This document shows, in pieces, positions 38,643-47,600 of a stretch of DNA of 56,043 bases. Made by a program: the position numbers and the translations under genes. Each line of letters opens with the position of its first letter. Position 1 is the first letter of the stretch. The notes beneath the pieces were generated by a model that was not told the DNA's origin, searched no databases, and worked only from the letters and a program-made list of their open reading frames with translations. The DNA comes from a virus (Duplodnaviria > Caudoviricetes): the IMG/VR virus record IMGVR_UViG_3300043395_001804, positions 1 through 56,043 of that record. One strand, 5' to 3'.

Positions 38643-38852
38643 ATGCTAGTTCTCTCTCGAAGAATAGGCGAACGAATTGTCATCGGTGATGACATTGTTA
38701 TTCAGATAACCGATATAGACTTTAGAGCAGGTAAGGTCAAAGTTGGTATCGATGCTCCACAAGGAGTTAGGGTAGATCGAGAAGAAGTTAGGATAGCGAT
38801 CAATAGAAATAAGGCTAAAGCAAATGACTTCATCAAAGCAAAGAATGATTAA
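38643..38852 (+). CDS. csrA: carbon storage regulator CsrA
   Basis: MLVLSRRIGERIVIGDDI...KVKVGIDAP..VRVDREEV. Confidence 0.92.
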   Translation: MLVLSRRIGERIVIGDDIVIQITDIDFRAGKVKVGIDAPQGVRVDREEVRIAINRNKAKANDFIKAKND

Positions 38853-39069
38853 CTGTGCTGATTGTGGTAAGGAAACAACCTACAATCGAAACAGAGGTAA
38901 GATTTGCTGGAAGTGTAAAGATATTAGATACAGCAAACGTACAACTGAGACACTTGCAGAACCACAACGCTGTCCGACCTGTGGTAAGAAGATAGTTATA
39001 GTTCCATGTATCGCGTGTAGCATGGTTAACAATGTCAAGAAGTCTAAGAAAGGAATTGCCAATGGCTAG
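38845..39069 (+). CDS. small Zn-finger protein
   Basis: CADC, CWKC, CPTC, CIAC. Confidence 0.55.
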   Translation: MINCADCGKETTYNRNRGKICWKCKDIRYSKRTTETLAEPQRCPTCGKKIVIVPCIACSMVNNVKKSKKGIANG

Positions 39070-39391
39070 TAAGAAACCAACTGTGTACGATATGGGTGTC
39101 CTATCCGTAGTAGATACGTTTATAAATAACGTATTTGAGTACGAATCAATACAAATTCAGAAAGTTACTAACGGAGTAGTACGTATGGTAGTACTGAAAA
39201 ACGTACTTACCAAGATGGGAGCTTCGCCGTACCGATGCGGAGTCAAGTTCGATGAAGTACGTATTCACCATGATGGTACTGTGACACTGGTAAACAATAA
39301 GCAAACCGTTACTCGCAGATTGGTGTTTTCATTTTCTCCTTATCTACTTCCAGAAAAAGGGGTGCAGGGGAATGCCGAAGAAGTACAGTAA
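39062..39391 (+). CDS. hypothetical protein
   Basis: AAGGA RBS; packed in operon. Confidence 0.5.
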   Translation: MASKKPTVYDMGVLSVVDTFINNVFEYESIQIQKVTNGVVRMVVLKNVLTKMGASPYRCGVKFDEVRIHHDGTVTLVNNKQTVTRRLVFSFSPYLLPEKGVQGNAEEVQ

Positions 39392-39533
39392 GAAAGAACT
39401 TGAAATACTCAAGAAGATCAAAGTTAAAAAGAAGACTGTTAGTACTGATACCTGTATAGCTTGTGGTGGTACAGGTATATCATCATCGGGTTCGCGTTGT
39501 CATCCTTGTTCTGGAAGAGGAAAAAAGAAATGA
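39372..39533 (+). CDS. small basic protein with DnaJ-type Zn finger, 53 aa (not in ORF track)
   Basis: CIACGGTG and CHPCSGRG repeats; stop overlaps next ATG. Confidence 0.65.
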   Translation: MPKKYSKKELEILKKIKVKKKTVSTDTCIACGGTGISSSGSRCHPCSGRGKKK

Positions 39534-40117
39534 GTAACTTCAAAGAAGGTGATCCAGTTATTATCAATTCACCCCATTCTGTATGGAATGGATATAGAGG
39601 TATAGTAGCTAACATCAATGATGATAGCAACAAAGCAGATATCAGGTGCGTAGTATGCTCAAGGGACAAAACCTTTACTCTTGGAGTATATCCGTTCAGC
39701 TTACTAAAGCTTGATACACAAGCTATTGTAGAGCAACACGGAGCTACGTTGTCTCAACCAACTGTAGGCAACGTACCAATCAATAACGTAGGGCTACAAA
39801 CGCATATCGAAGCTCGGTTCGATTGTGTTGATCCAGTTGTAATGAAGCTCCTAGCTGAATGCCGTGGCTTTGGAGTCAATAAGTACGGCGAACACAGTCA
39901 TAAGAAGATACCAGTATCAGATCATTTGAACCATGCGATAAATCATATCAATGAACATCGTAGGAATGATAAGTCTGAGCTACACTTGGTAAATGCGATG
40001 TGCAGATTGATGTTTGCCATATCGCAGTTACATGAGCAAGGTCAGTATGTAGATACGTACTGGCATCCAGATACGCTACCCAAACCTGTTCCTGGAGAGA
40101 AGAAAGAAAATGAATAA
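39530..40117 (+). CDS. dATP/dGTP diphosphohydrolase-like (DUF5664) domain protein with N-terminal KOW/SH3-like domain
   Basis: RFDCVDP...LAE...FGVNKYG....K......HLNHA..H......D...HL.NA.CRLMF. Confidence 0.65.
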   Translation: MSNFKEGDPVIINSPHSVWNGYRGIVANINDDSNKADIRCVVCSRDKTFTLGVYPFSLLKLDTQAIVEQHGATLSQPTVGNVPINNVGLQTHIEARFDCVDPVVMKLLAECRGFGVNKYGEHSHKKIPVSDHLNHAINHINEHRRNDKSELHLVNAMCRLMFAISQLHEQGQYVDTYWHPDTLPKPVPGEKKENE

Positions 40118-40298
40118 GCGTAAGTTAGTTGATCGTTTGATTAAGGCTATCACTCGATATGAGAGTGAGTACAACCTGTTAGACGATTCTCAGAAACCAG
40201 AGTACTACGAAAGGATACGTACACTACGTAGTAATCTGTTAGGTCTAGTTGGAACGAACCATCCATTCTTTTCTGAAGTAAGAAGGAGAAAGAAGTAA
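40110..40298 (+). CDS. hypothetical protein
   Basis: Overlapping start/stop with neighbours. Confidence 0.5.
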   Translation: MNKRKLVDRLIKAITRYESEYNLLDDSQKPEYYERIRTLRSNLLGLVGTNHPFFSEVRRRKK

Positions 40299-41167
40299 TG
40301 AGTAACACTAAGCCTGATACTCCAATTTGGGTACTATGTACTACTCTTGGAGATATTACAGATGGTCAAGTAAACATAAAAGTTCATCATCATGGTGCGA
40401 ACTTCTACGCACACTTAGAAGATTGTAAACTTGATGATCCATCAGATACGTTACCTAGTCCTGTTACTAAAGCTAAGAAAGTAAGATACAAGAGAAACAA
40501 AATGAAAGTTGGTGATAAAGTTTTGGTTGAGTGCGAAGTAGTTGAAGCTCCTGGAGCTTCTAATTGTAAGGTTCATAACGAATGCGTAGGTTCATTTTGG
40601 GTAGCTAATAAATTCTGCAAACCCATCGAATCCGAACCAGTTGAGCAAACTAAGTTTGTTCATCGTCCAGAACTAGGCGATACAGTTGTTTTCCCAAATG
40701 GACTACGGATTGTAGTACACGATAACAATGAGCAAGGCTTTACAGTTGTACAAGACGCTCCTGAGTCTGAAGCAGTTGAGCAAGCTAATACTATCAAGTT
40801 CAAAGTTGGCGATCCTGTTATAACTTGGGATGGAAGAAAAGGAATTGTTACCGATATATATGCGGCTAGTGAACATTCGATCAGAGTTATGCTCAATCCG
40901 TTCAGCTTTGTGCATTGCAAACCGACTCAGGTTACTCGTGGTACACCTGAGATAGACAGTTCTATGCGACAATTGAACTGGAATGAAGTTATACAGGACG
41001 GTGATGTATTAGTAACTATCAATGATCGTTACGCAGGTTACAAACAGCCATTAACTATCTATGCAATAGATAGTATTGGAAAGAGAGTTGATGATGCTTT
41101 CTCTAAGGGAAAGAAGCTAGGTCTTACTAAACTATTCTACAGACGAATTGAGAAAGGAACTAAGTAA
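40298..41167 (+). CDS. hypothetical protein with repeated KVGD SH3-like modules
   Basis: MKVGDKV, LGDTV, FKVGDPV repeats. Confidence 0.55.
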   Translation: MSNTKPDTPIWVLCTTLGDITDGQVNIKVHHHGANFYAHLEDCKLDDPSDTLPSPVTKAKKVRYKRNKMKVGDKVLVECEVVEAPGASNCKVHNECVGSFWVANKFCKPIESEPVEQTKFVHRPELGDTVVFPNGLRIVVHDNNEQGFTVVQDAPESEAVEQANTIKFKVGDPVITWDGRKGIVTDIYAASEHSIRVMLNPFSFVHCKPTQVTRGTPEIDSSMRQLNWNEVIQDGDVLVTINDRYAGYKQPLTIYAIDSIGKRVDDAFSKGKKLGLTKLFYRRIEKGTK

Positions 41168-41394
41168 TGTATAAGATTCAATGGAGCCTGCCACACGACG
41201 AACATCAGAGGGTGTTCATACTTGTTCCAGATGTAGACACACTGTACGAAGTTTACCACGTACTTAGAAAGAGCGATCAAGTTACTAACTTAGTAGTCTC
41301 TAACCTAAGCGGTGACGTAATCAATATGAAAGAAGGATTAGCTAATGTTGCTACTCAAGGTACGTGTTCAAGAATTGTAAAGACTTGGAGATAG
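41167..41394 (+). CDS. hypothetical protein
   Basis: TAATG coupling with upstream gene. Confidence 0.5.
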   Translation: MYKIQWSLPHDEHQRVFILVPDVDTLYEVYHVLRKSDQVTNLVVSNLSGDVINMKEGLANVATQGTCSRIVKTWR

Positions 41395-41397
41395 ATA

Positions 41398-41976
41398 ATG
41401 GCTAACTCAATACATTCAATCAGAGTTATAGATGGAGACACAGTAGAAGCTATGGTAGCTGGTACTGAGTTCTTCAAGAATGATTACAAGCTACTTAGTA
41501 TCCGTATCTATGGTGTCGATACTCCAGAGAAGAGTACTCTAGCTGGTAAGCTAGTCAAACAAGTAGTGATACAGACCTTGGCTAGCTATAAGCAACCAAT
41601 GGTCATATATGCTACTGAAGATAAGTTCTCTGGTCGTGGAGTAGGAGACATAGTAGATGGGCCTAATCAGACTTGGCCTACACTTGGTAAGTTCCTGTTC
41701 GAACACGGACTTGCTAGAGCTTACTATGGTGGTGCTAAGAAACCTTGGACTGATAAAGAACTTCTGGAGGTAGAAAAGAAATGTAGTCTACTACTGCCAG
41801 AGTACCATGACGAACAGATACGAGTAGCTACTATTAGTAACGATCAGCAGTACAGCTTAGAGCAAGAACGATCCAGTGTAGTGTACTATGGTACTGGGAG
41901 TATTAGACAAGCATCAGCCTTTGAAGTGACAAAGATGCCTAGTGTACAAGAGTGGCTAGAGTCACCACAGTTCTAA
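41398..41976 (+). CDS. thermonuclease (SNase-like)
   Basis: RVIDGDTV, IRIYGVDTPE, DKFSGR, GLARAY motifs. Confidence 0.8.
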   Translation: MANSIHSIRVIDGDTVEAMVAGTEFFKNDYKLLSIRIYGVDTPEKSTLAGKLVKQVVIQTLASYKQPMVIYATEDKFSGRGVGDIVDGPNQTWPTLGKFLFEHGLARAYYGGAKKPWTDKELLEVEKKCSLLLPEYHDEQIRVATISNDQQYSLEQERSSVVYYGTGSIRQASAFEVTKMPSVQEWLESPQF

Positions 41977-42011
41977 CTCTTACTCTCTACTCCAGAAGAA
42001 CATAGCGAATA

Positions 42012-42037
42012 GCTCAGTAGCGATACTGGGCTTTTTT
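42012..42037 (+). terminator. intrinsic terminator of rightward operon
   Basis: AGCTCAGTA-gcga-TACTGGGCT hairpin followed by T run. Confidence 0.75.
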
Positions 42038-42273
42038 CGTATCTATATCTGATATACCGAGTAGATACTCAAAGGATAGCAGTACCGTTCAGAGCATTGA
42101 GTAACACTATACTACTTAATACTGCTAAGCACTACATAGAACTACTTAGTAGTACATAGCTACATCTATATGTATATCCATATAGCTAAATAGTATCTAG
42201 CTACAATCAAGGGGTAGTCATCTATAGACTACTACAGCTAATCAGTAAAGTAGTAGTTGCAGGACATATATGA

Positions 42274-42373
42274 AAAAGGGATGTAACTACACTTTAGCAG
42301 TAACGGGACGTTTATCTGCGAAAAGGGATGCAACTAAATAATAAGAGACATATAGGTAAAAAAGGGATGTAGC
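42274..42373 (+). repeat. three direct repeats AAAAGGGATGYA in noncoding convergence region
   Basis: Copies at 42274, 42321, 42360. Confidence 0.7.
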
Positions 42374-42663
42374 GGTACCATATGGGAGCCGGTACTTAGC
42401 ATAGCGTTGTGATTCGTTCATACTACGAACTGAAAAAAAACAGCATCATACTACGCACTGTTACGCCGCCCCTATGCCTGGATTGTGCATCCAAGCTACA
42501 GAGTGTTATATAATACGGGGTAACTATGATATACTTATGATATATCAATGATATGCTTGAACGATCAAGGGAGCGAGATACCATTACAATTTGATAGGTG
42601 AAACGCCTATTATATTTCACCTATCATCTAAGATATAATACAGTCTACCCTTGTAATGGGTGG

Positions 42664-43719
42664 CTATTCGGTTACTGGTTCTGATTCTGCTTTGGTGGAT
42701 TCATAGTATTTAGAAATACCATCTACCTTAACGGGTAGGTTTTGCTTAAGGGTTGGTAGGTTCTTGTCGTTGTAGACTGCATCGATCAAAGCAAGCCATG
42801 CAGGATAATCCTGTTCGATATCTGCCTTGGGTTGTGTGATGGTTCGGAATGCTTCCCAAGTCTTGGCTACCTTGCTGGCTTGCTGGTCAAGTGCATCGAT
42901 GAGTTTTCCGAGTTCGGTTTCGTCATCGCTACCAAGTATATCGAAAATCGCTACTGCGATAATTCCCAAGATCCTGTACTGGTCATTCCCCCATGCCTTG
43001 GAAGTCGGGCTAGCTATTTTCCAAGCCTCGAAAATTTGTAGTAGGCTCTTCATCGATTCGCCATGCTGTTCGAATGCAATGGTCCACACTGGGGCTAAGG
43101 TTCCATCACTCCATTGGGAAGCGGATTGATGCGGGGTCAGGATTGCTCCGTTCCAAGTCTCCCCTGCTTTACCGCCGCCCTTCACCGATTTGTTTTTAGC
43201 TCGGAGTCTGACAAGTTGGCCGGTTGTGGATTGCCATTGGCTCCAGTCCCGATATTCTTCGCTTTGCATCACTCGTAGCTCGTCGGTGCTGTCTCGTTTC
43301 TTGCCGGTTTGGTCGAAGCCACCCATTGAAGCCGAGCGGTCGCTAAACAATACATCGACGGTACCTGATTCGCCTAAGTCGATTCGTCGGAGAATGAAAC
43401 GGCTACGATGCCCTCCATCACCAGCACAGGTGCGGGACGTGTCAACCCCGCAGATTACAACCCTTCCTAGGTCGGGGTCATAGTCTGCGAGAGTCGGGCA
43501 GTTACGGGCAAGGTCCCTCGCGTTAGTCGTGTTTTCGGGACGATTGCCGTCGATTGTCATCGTATTGGGGTCGATGCCGGTGGCTTCAATCCAAGCGTCT
43601 CGGTCTGATGGTCCGATGGTCACTCGTACAGTAACGCCGATGAATGCAGTCGGGTTTTTCTTCAGTGCATTCCATACACTAGTAAAGCTGGTGACGATTG
43701 TGGTTGCGGTCTTCTTCAT
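42664..43719 (-). CDS. hypothetical protein with ParB/DGQHR-like motif
   Basis: NRPEN and GDGGHRSR motifs; higher GC than the rest of the genome. Confidence 0.5.
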   Translation of the reverse strand: MKKTATTIVTSFTSVWNALKKNPTAFIGVTVRVTIGPSDRDAWIEATGIDPNTMTIDGNRPENTTNARDLARNCPTLADYDPDLGRVVICGVDTSRTCAGDGGHRSRFILRRIDLGESGTVDVLFSDRSASMGGFDQTGKKRDSTDELRVMQSEEYRDWSQWQSTTGQLVRLRAKNKSVKGGGKAGETWNGAILTPHQSASQWSDGTLAPVWTIAFEQHGESMKSLLQIFEAWKIASPTSKAWGNDQYRILGIIAVAIFDILGSDDETELGKLIDALDQQASKVAKTWEAFRTITQPKADIEQDYPAWLALIDAVYNDKNLPTLKQNLPVKVDGISKYYESTKAESEPVTE

Positions 43720-43858
43720 GGTCTAAGATCCTCTGGCCTTCTGGCCTCGTGTTTGCATTACTGGGAATCGTCGGTAATGCTTCGACGTTTGCCGAATGTG
43801 GCAAGGGATCAGGGGTAGAGTCGAACTACCCTCAAGCCGTTCTGATCCTTGGTTGGGG

Positions 43859-44062
43859 TTACTGGTGTCCGCACTGGTTACAATATCCGTCTTCGTCGCA
43901 GTTCTCTAAGTGGTTCGGGCAGTCCTTGATGTTTAGGATTCGGTGTAGTTCGTTGATTCTCTGAACTGCTTCCTTCACTACGTTTTTTAGTACGTGGTTC
44001 TCCGATTCCAAATGGAGCACGTATTGAACGATTTGTTCAAAGTCTTCTTTCGCTACCTTCAT
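43859..44062 (-). CDS. small coiled-coil/Zn-ribbon protein (start ATG 44062)
   Basis: AGGA RBS; C-terminal C.......C....YCNQCG. Confidence 0.5.
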   Translation of the reverse strand: MKVAKEDFEQIVQYVLHLESENHVLKNVVKEAVQRINELHRILNIKDCPNHLENCDEDGYCNQCGHQ

Positions 44063-44144
44063 CTCGTCTTGTCCTATTCTATCGGTGTTTGTTCGTCCAG
44101 TTGGGGGACGGTTCCCTAGTTGGGACGATTCCCAACTATGCAAT

Positions 44145-44172
44145 ACTTTAGCAAGTATCGACTAGTTGGCAA
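44145..44172 (-). promoter_or_regulatory. possible sigma70 promoter
   Basis: - strand TTGCCA-N16-TAAAGT with TG extension. Confidence 0.45.
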
Positions 44173-44559
44173 GCCCAACTATAGGATACTTAGAATTTTT
44201 TTCGAGATTCTTTTTTTCCGGTTCTCTGTCTCTGTCTTCTCTGTCTCTGTTCGGTGCTCGATCATGGTATGGAATCGGCCTAGAATCAGTTTTCCTAATG
44301 GTCGCTGGAAAGCCCCTAGAATCGATTCTAAATGGGGTCTAATCGTTGGGGGGTGTTTGGACGGGTACGGGGTCGGAAGCGGTCTAAAGCGAAGCTAGGG
44401 CCGTTGGCATCGATGCCAACACCCTCCAACACCCCCAACACTCCGAAGGCTGAAATACCCCTCTCCAGAGGGGGGGCAGGGTTAGCTAGTATGGGGTATA
44501 GATAGACACGTATAGAAAGAGCCTCAGACTAGAGGGGATAGATGCTGAGCCTACGCGCT

Positions 44560-44715
44560 CTTGAGTGTATAAGCGAACCATTGAAGGGTTATGGGCTGAG
44601 CATCGGCCCGCACACTTGAGTCCTCAAGCACCATCTATTTAGAGTACAGATGGTACTATGCAATCATGATAGTAGATATGGGTTGCCAAGCCGAGCACGC
44701 ACTTGAACCCTCAAG
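44560..44715. promoter_or_regulatory. three palindromic CTTGA-N4-TCAAG boxes
   Basis: 44560 (imperfect), 44615, 44702; two more imperfect copies at 52545 and 52597. Confidence 0.65.
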
Positions 44716-44749
44716 CATCGATCTATATAGTTATGCAATGCTGAATTTA

Positions 44750-45049
44750 TTAGATGGATGTCAGTACTACCAATGTATCTGTTACTTCTTGGATATCCCT
44801 TAGCAACTTGATTGGGGATAACCAATTGTGTTTGTGTAGTAGATTCCATTTGATAGTTCTTTGTCCTAATTTTGATACGTTGTAATCGATGCCAAGTAGT
44901 TCAATTGTTCGATCAAGTACTAAGTAATAGTTACCTACATCGAACAGCACCGCTACCTTTAGTTCTTTCTGGAGAGGAAGAAGAGATAAGGTGCTGTCTT
45001 CTGTGATTAGTACTTTGAAGGGCCAATCTTTGCTAGTTGCTGTTGGCAT
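44750..45049 (-). CDS. hypothetical protein
   Basis: Packed ORF in leftward early region. Confidence 0.5.
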   Translation of the reverse strand: MPTATSKDWPFKVLITEDSTLSLLPLQKELKVAVLFDVGNYYLVLDRTIELLGIDYNVSKLGQRTIKWNLLHKHNWLSPIKLLRDIQEVTDTLVVLTSI

Positions 45050-45497
45050 TACTACTGTAGTATTCGATCAAGTGGTCAATTCGTCGAAGTGCTTCGTTGT
45101 AACCTTGCTCTTGGGTACAGCAAGAATAGCCAGGGAAGTCTTCATCGTACTCGAATTGTATTGTTGATTTAATTAAACGGTTACTATCTTCATCACCCCC
45201 ATACGGTGTGAATAGCCATTCACTTTCTTTCCAAGTGAGTCCTAACCATTCAGCAGCGTTGTCCCAACAGTCTCTAGTTGGTTTACTGGTTGTTGATAGT
45301 GCAACTGCGAATCCTGCTACACAAGCACAAGTGCCACAGTTATGAGTAAGAACTTCTGGTGCTGAAGCAGGGAGAATAAACCCCTGATACTTTGCTTCAC
45401 CAGTTTCTCTATCTGTGAAGTAGTTTGCATAGTTGAAGTTCTCTTCGAAGTTGATAATTGCCATACGTACTTGTTTGAGTCGTTCTACATTAGCCAT
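45033..45497 (-). CDS. hypothetical protein
   Basis: CGTCACVAG motif, A..WLGLT..E..WLF pattern familiar from phage early proteins. Confidence 0.6.
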   Translation of the reverse strand: MANVERLKQVRMAIINFEENFNYANYFTDRETGEAKYQGFILPASAPEVLTHNCGTCACVAGFAVALSTTSKPTRDCWDNAAEWLGLTWKESEWLFTPYGGDEDSNRLIKSTIQFEYDEDFPGYSCCTQEQGYNEALRRIDHLIEYYSSNANSN

Positions 45498-45503
45498 GAT
45501 TTG

Positions 45504-45758
45504 TTAAGCCTTATCTGAGAGTGGATTGTATTGATTCGTTATTCTAGCTTTTCTTGTAGCTAGAATTTGTTGCTTGTTTACTGTACGCCAATAATCTTTG
45601 TATATCTCTGATGGAAGATATGATGGATTTGTAATCATAATTCTTACATTACACGAATGGCATCGCCAACAAGGACTCCTATCAATAGGAGATTCTATAA
45701 CTAATGTATCTTTACAGAAAGAACATACCAAAGAATTGTTTGATTGAGCATCTGACAC
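45504..45758 (-). CDS. Zn-ribbon hypothetical protein
   Basis: CSFC and CHSC. Confidence 0.45.
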   Translation of the reverse strand: MSDAQSNNSLVCSFCKDTLVIESPIDRSPCWRCHSCNVRIMITNPSYLPSEIYKDYWRTVNKQQILATRKARITNQYNPLSDKA

Positions 45759-45769
45759 TAGACTAAGCC

Positions 45770-46054
45770 TTATTTGAAACGTGATAGGAACCTAGATACT
45801 TCTGGACTGTTGCTGATTTCTTCGATTGTGAATGCGGTGCTAAAGCACACTGAGCATTTGAATGGACTGCCTTTGTAGAGCGAGTTGTGATACCATACGT
45901 AGTAGGTATCATCTTCCAATTCAATATGCAGTTCACCATGAGGAGCTTGATGGGTAACAGTTTTGGTTAGTGTGATAATTGCTTTAAGTGGTAATCGTCT
46001 TGGTTGTTTGAATGCACCATTTGGATCTTCTTCGGGTAAGTCTTCGATATTCAT
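45770..46054 (-). CDS. hypothetical protein
   Basis: ATGA overlap with upstream gene. Confidence 0.45.
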   Translation of the reverse strand: MNIEDLPEEDPNGAFKQPRRLPLKAIITLTKTVTHQAPHGELHIELEDDTYYVWYHNSLYKGSPFKCSVCFSTAFTIEEISNSPEVSRFLSRFK

Positions 46055-46500
46055 GATAAGTATGGGGAACCTGGGCCTAGTGATAAGGGTTTGCTCTTGG
46101 TACGTTTACAGTGGCATATCTGGGTGTTGTCACCATAGGTAACACCATGCCAGTAGTAGCCTTCAAATACGAACCAACAATCGTATCTGACTCCTGCTAT
46201 GTTGTGTTTGCCATAACTGGTATGGCATTTGAATTGAAGTGTACCAGGCCAGTTTGATACTGTACCAGCAGTAAGTCTGCCTGAGGGTTGTTTTGCTTTG
46301 CTTGCTGGTTCACAATTCAGGTAGAGTGTGATCTTACCGTCTTGCCGCATACGTTCTTTGTCGAGAACTGCACAGCAATCATAACAGATTCGATTGTTGT
46401 CTTTGTCGAGTCCGTACCCTGCACTGATACTTTCTGGAGGGGAGAAAATATCCTTATTGCATCGAGTACACGTTGCTACTTTAACTGTCATTTGTGACAT
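46051..46500 (-). CDS. hypothetical protein with Zn-finger-like N-terminus
   Basis: CTRC...ICYDC. Confidence 0.55.
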   Translation of the reverse strand: MSQMTVKVATCTRCNKDIFSPPESISAGYGLDKDNNRICYDCCAVLDKERMRQDGKITLYLNCEPASKAKQPSGRLTAGTVSNWPGTLQFKCHTSYGKHNIAGVRYDCWFVFEGYYWHGVTYGDNTQICHCKRTKSKPLSLGPGSPYLS

Positions 46501-46705
46501 CGGTTTGATCCTTCTGTTTGATGTAGTATCTACCATCTTCGTCTATAACTGCGGTTTCTTCTGGTTTATGCTTCGGTCTACCAATGGCTATTTCACCATC
46601 ATCTACCTTTCTTATAACATCTTTATCTGTGAATCTTAGTTTTGCGTAGTACCTGAAAGCACTACCCCAAGTTGCAAAGTGATTAGTGCCGTACCTTGTT
46701 GCCAT
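46481..46705 (-). CDS. hypothetical protein
   Basis: GGAG RBS; packed ORF. Confidence 0.5.
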   Translation of the reverse strand: MATRYGTNHFATWGSAFRYYAKLRFTDKDVIRKVDDGEIAIGRPKHKPEETAVIDEDGRYYIKQKDQTDVTNDS

Positions 46706-46835
46706 GTTCTGTAAACTCCACTGAGTATTCGAAACGGGATGGGTCTAACTTGCTTGGTGTTGCTTTGAGTGTTATTCCAACTGACTGACAACCCATGAGG
46801 GTTGCCAGTGTGAGTAGTAGTAGCATCCTTGCCAT
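46683..46835 (-). CDS. small lipoprotein, 50 aa (not in ORF track)
   Basis: MARMLLLLTLATLMGC signal with lipobox; AGGA RBS. Confidence 0.55.
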   Translation of the reverse strand: MARMLLLLTLATLMGCQSVGITLKATPSKLDPSRFEYSVEFTEHGNKVRH

Positions 46836-46846
46836 GATTGGTTATC

Positions 46847-47245
46847 CTATGATTGTTTGAGGTATGATGCAGCAGCAAACTTAGCATTTTTCCAAGTTGT
46901 CTTGTTCACTCTCTTACTGAGAATTACTTTGATCTGGTCTTGGAGTTCATGAGGCGTTAAACCTTGGTTCTCCATAGCAACTTTGAGTGGTGCTGGATAG
47001 TTGTCGAAGAGTACCTTTGCTGCTTCGATTGTGGACTTCAAGGTTACTTGACCACAGAGCATGATAGCCCATCCAGTGTGCTTGTGGGTGATGGTGTATC
47101 TACGCTTCTTTTCGTCTTCGTACCCTGGGGTGATGTTGACAATGAACGGTGTTCCTGGAACTGACCAACTAACTGCCTGATATGTATCAAGCTTTTTCGT
47201 TTTGGTATTGAGTGTCTTAATTGTTGTGATCTTGCTACTTGCCAT
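46847..47245 (-). CDS. hypothetical protein
   Basis: GGAG RBS; packed ORF. Confidence 0.55.
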   Translation of the reverse strand: MASSKITTIKTLNTKTKKLDTYQAVSWSVPGTPFIVNITPGYEDEKKRRYTITHKHTGWAIMLCGQVTLKSTIEAAKVLFDNYPAPLKVAMENQGLTPHELQDQIKVILSKRVNKTTWKNAKFAAASYLKQS

Positions 47246-47594
47246 TGTTGTTGTCTCCGAAGTAAGTGATTGATACTTTGATTCTTGGATCGTTCAGGTA
47301 CTTCATTACCTTCTTGTTGTTACGATTCATCCAAGCATTGTATGATGCTTTGGCTTTTGCGTATGCTGGTCCTGGTTTGACTTGATCTTGGCAAGATTGA
47401 TGGACGTAGTCACCACTGAGTAGTACTATTGAATCTCTGTAGTCTTTGGACACTACCCCAATATGCTCTACGTGAACTTCTCCAGCATGAGCATGGTAGT
47501 CTTCGGGGTAGCGTGTTTCTTCTCTACATACCTTACCACAGTACCAGCAATTGACTCTTACAATTACTGGTTCGGATTGTTTGCGTTTAGCCAT
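47235..47594 (-). CDS. hypothetical protein
   Basis: CWYC...H..C; AGGA RBS. Confidence 0.55.
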   Translation of the reverse strand: MAKRKQSEPVIVRVNCWYCGKVCREETRYPEDYHAHAGEVHVEHIGVVSKDYRDSIVLLSGDYVHQSCQDQVKPGPAYAKAKASYNAWMNRNNKKVMKYLNDPRIKVSITYFGDNNNGK

Positions 47595-47600
47595 GATTGA

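Noticed and set aside
44222-44250. Short TCTCTG microsatellite
   Set aside because: Too short and degenerate to assign a function; ORF 44120..44398 over it looks spurious
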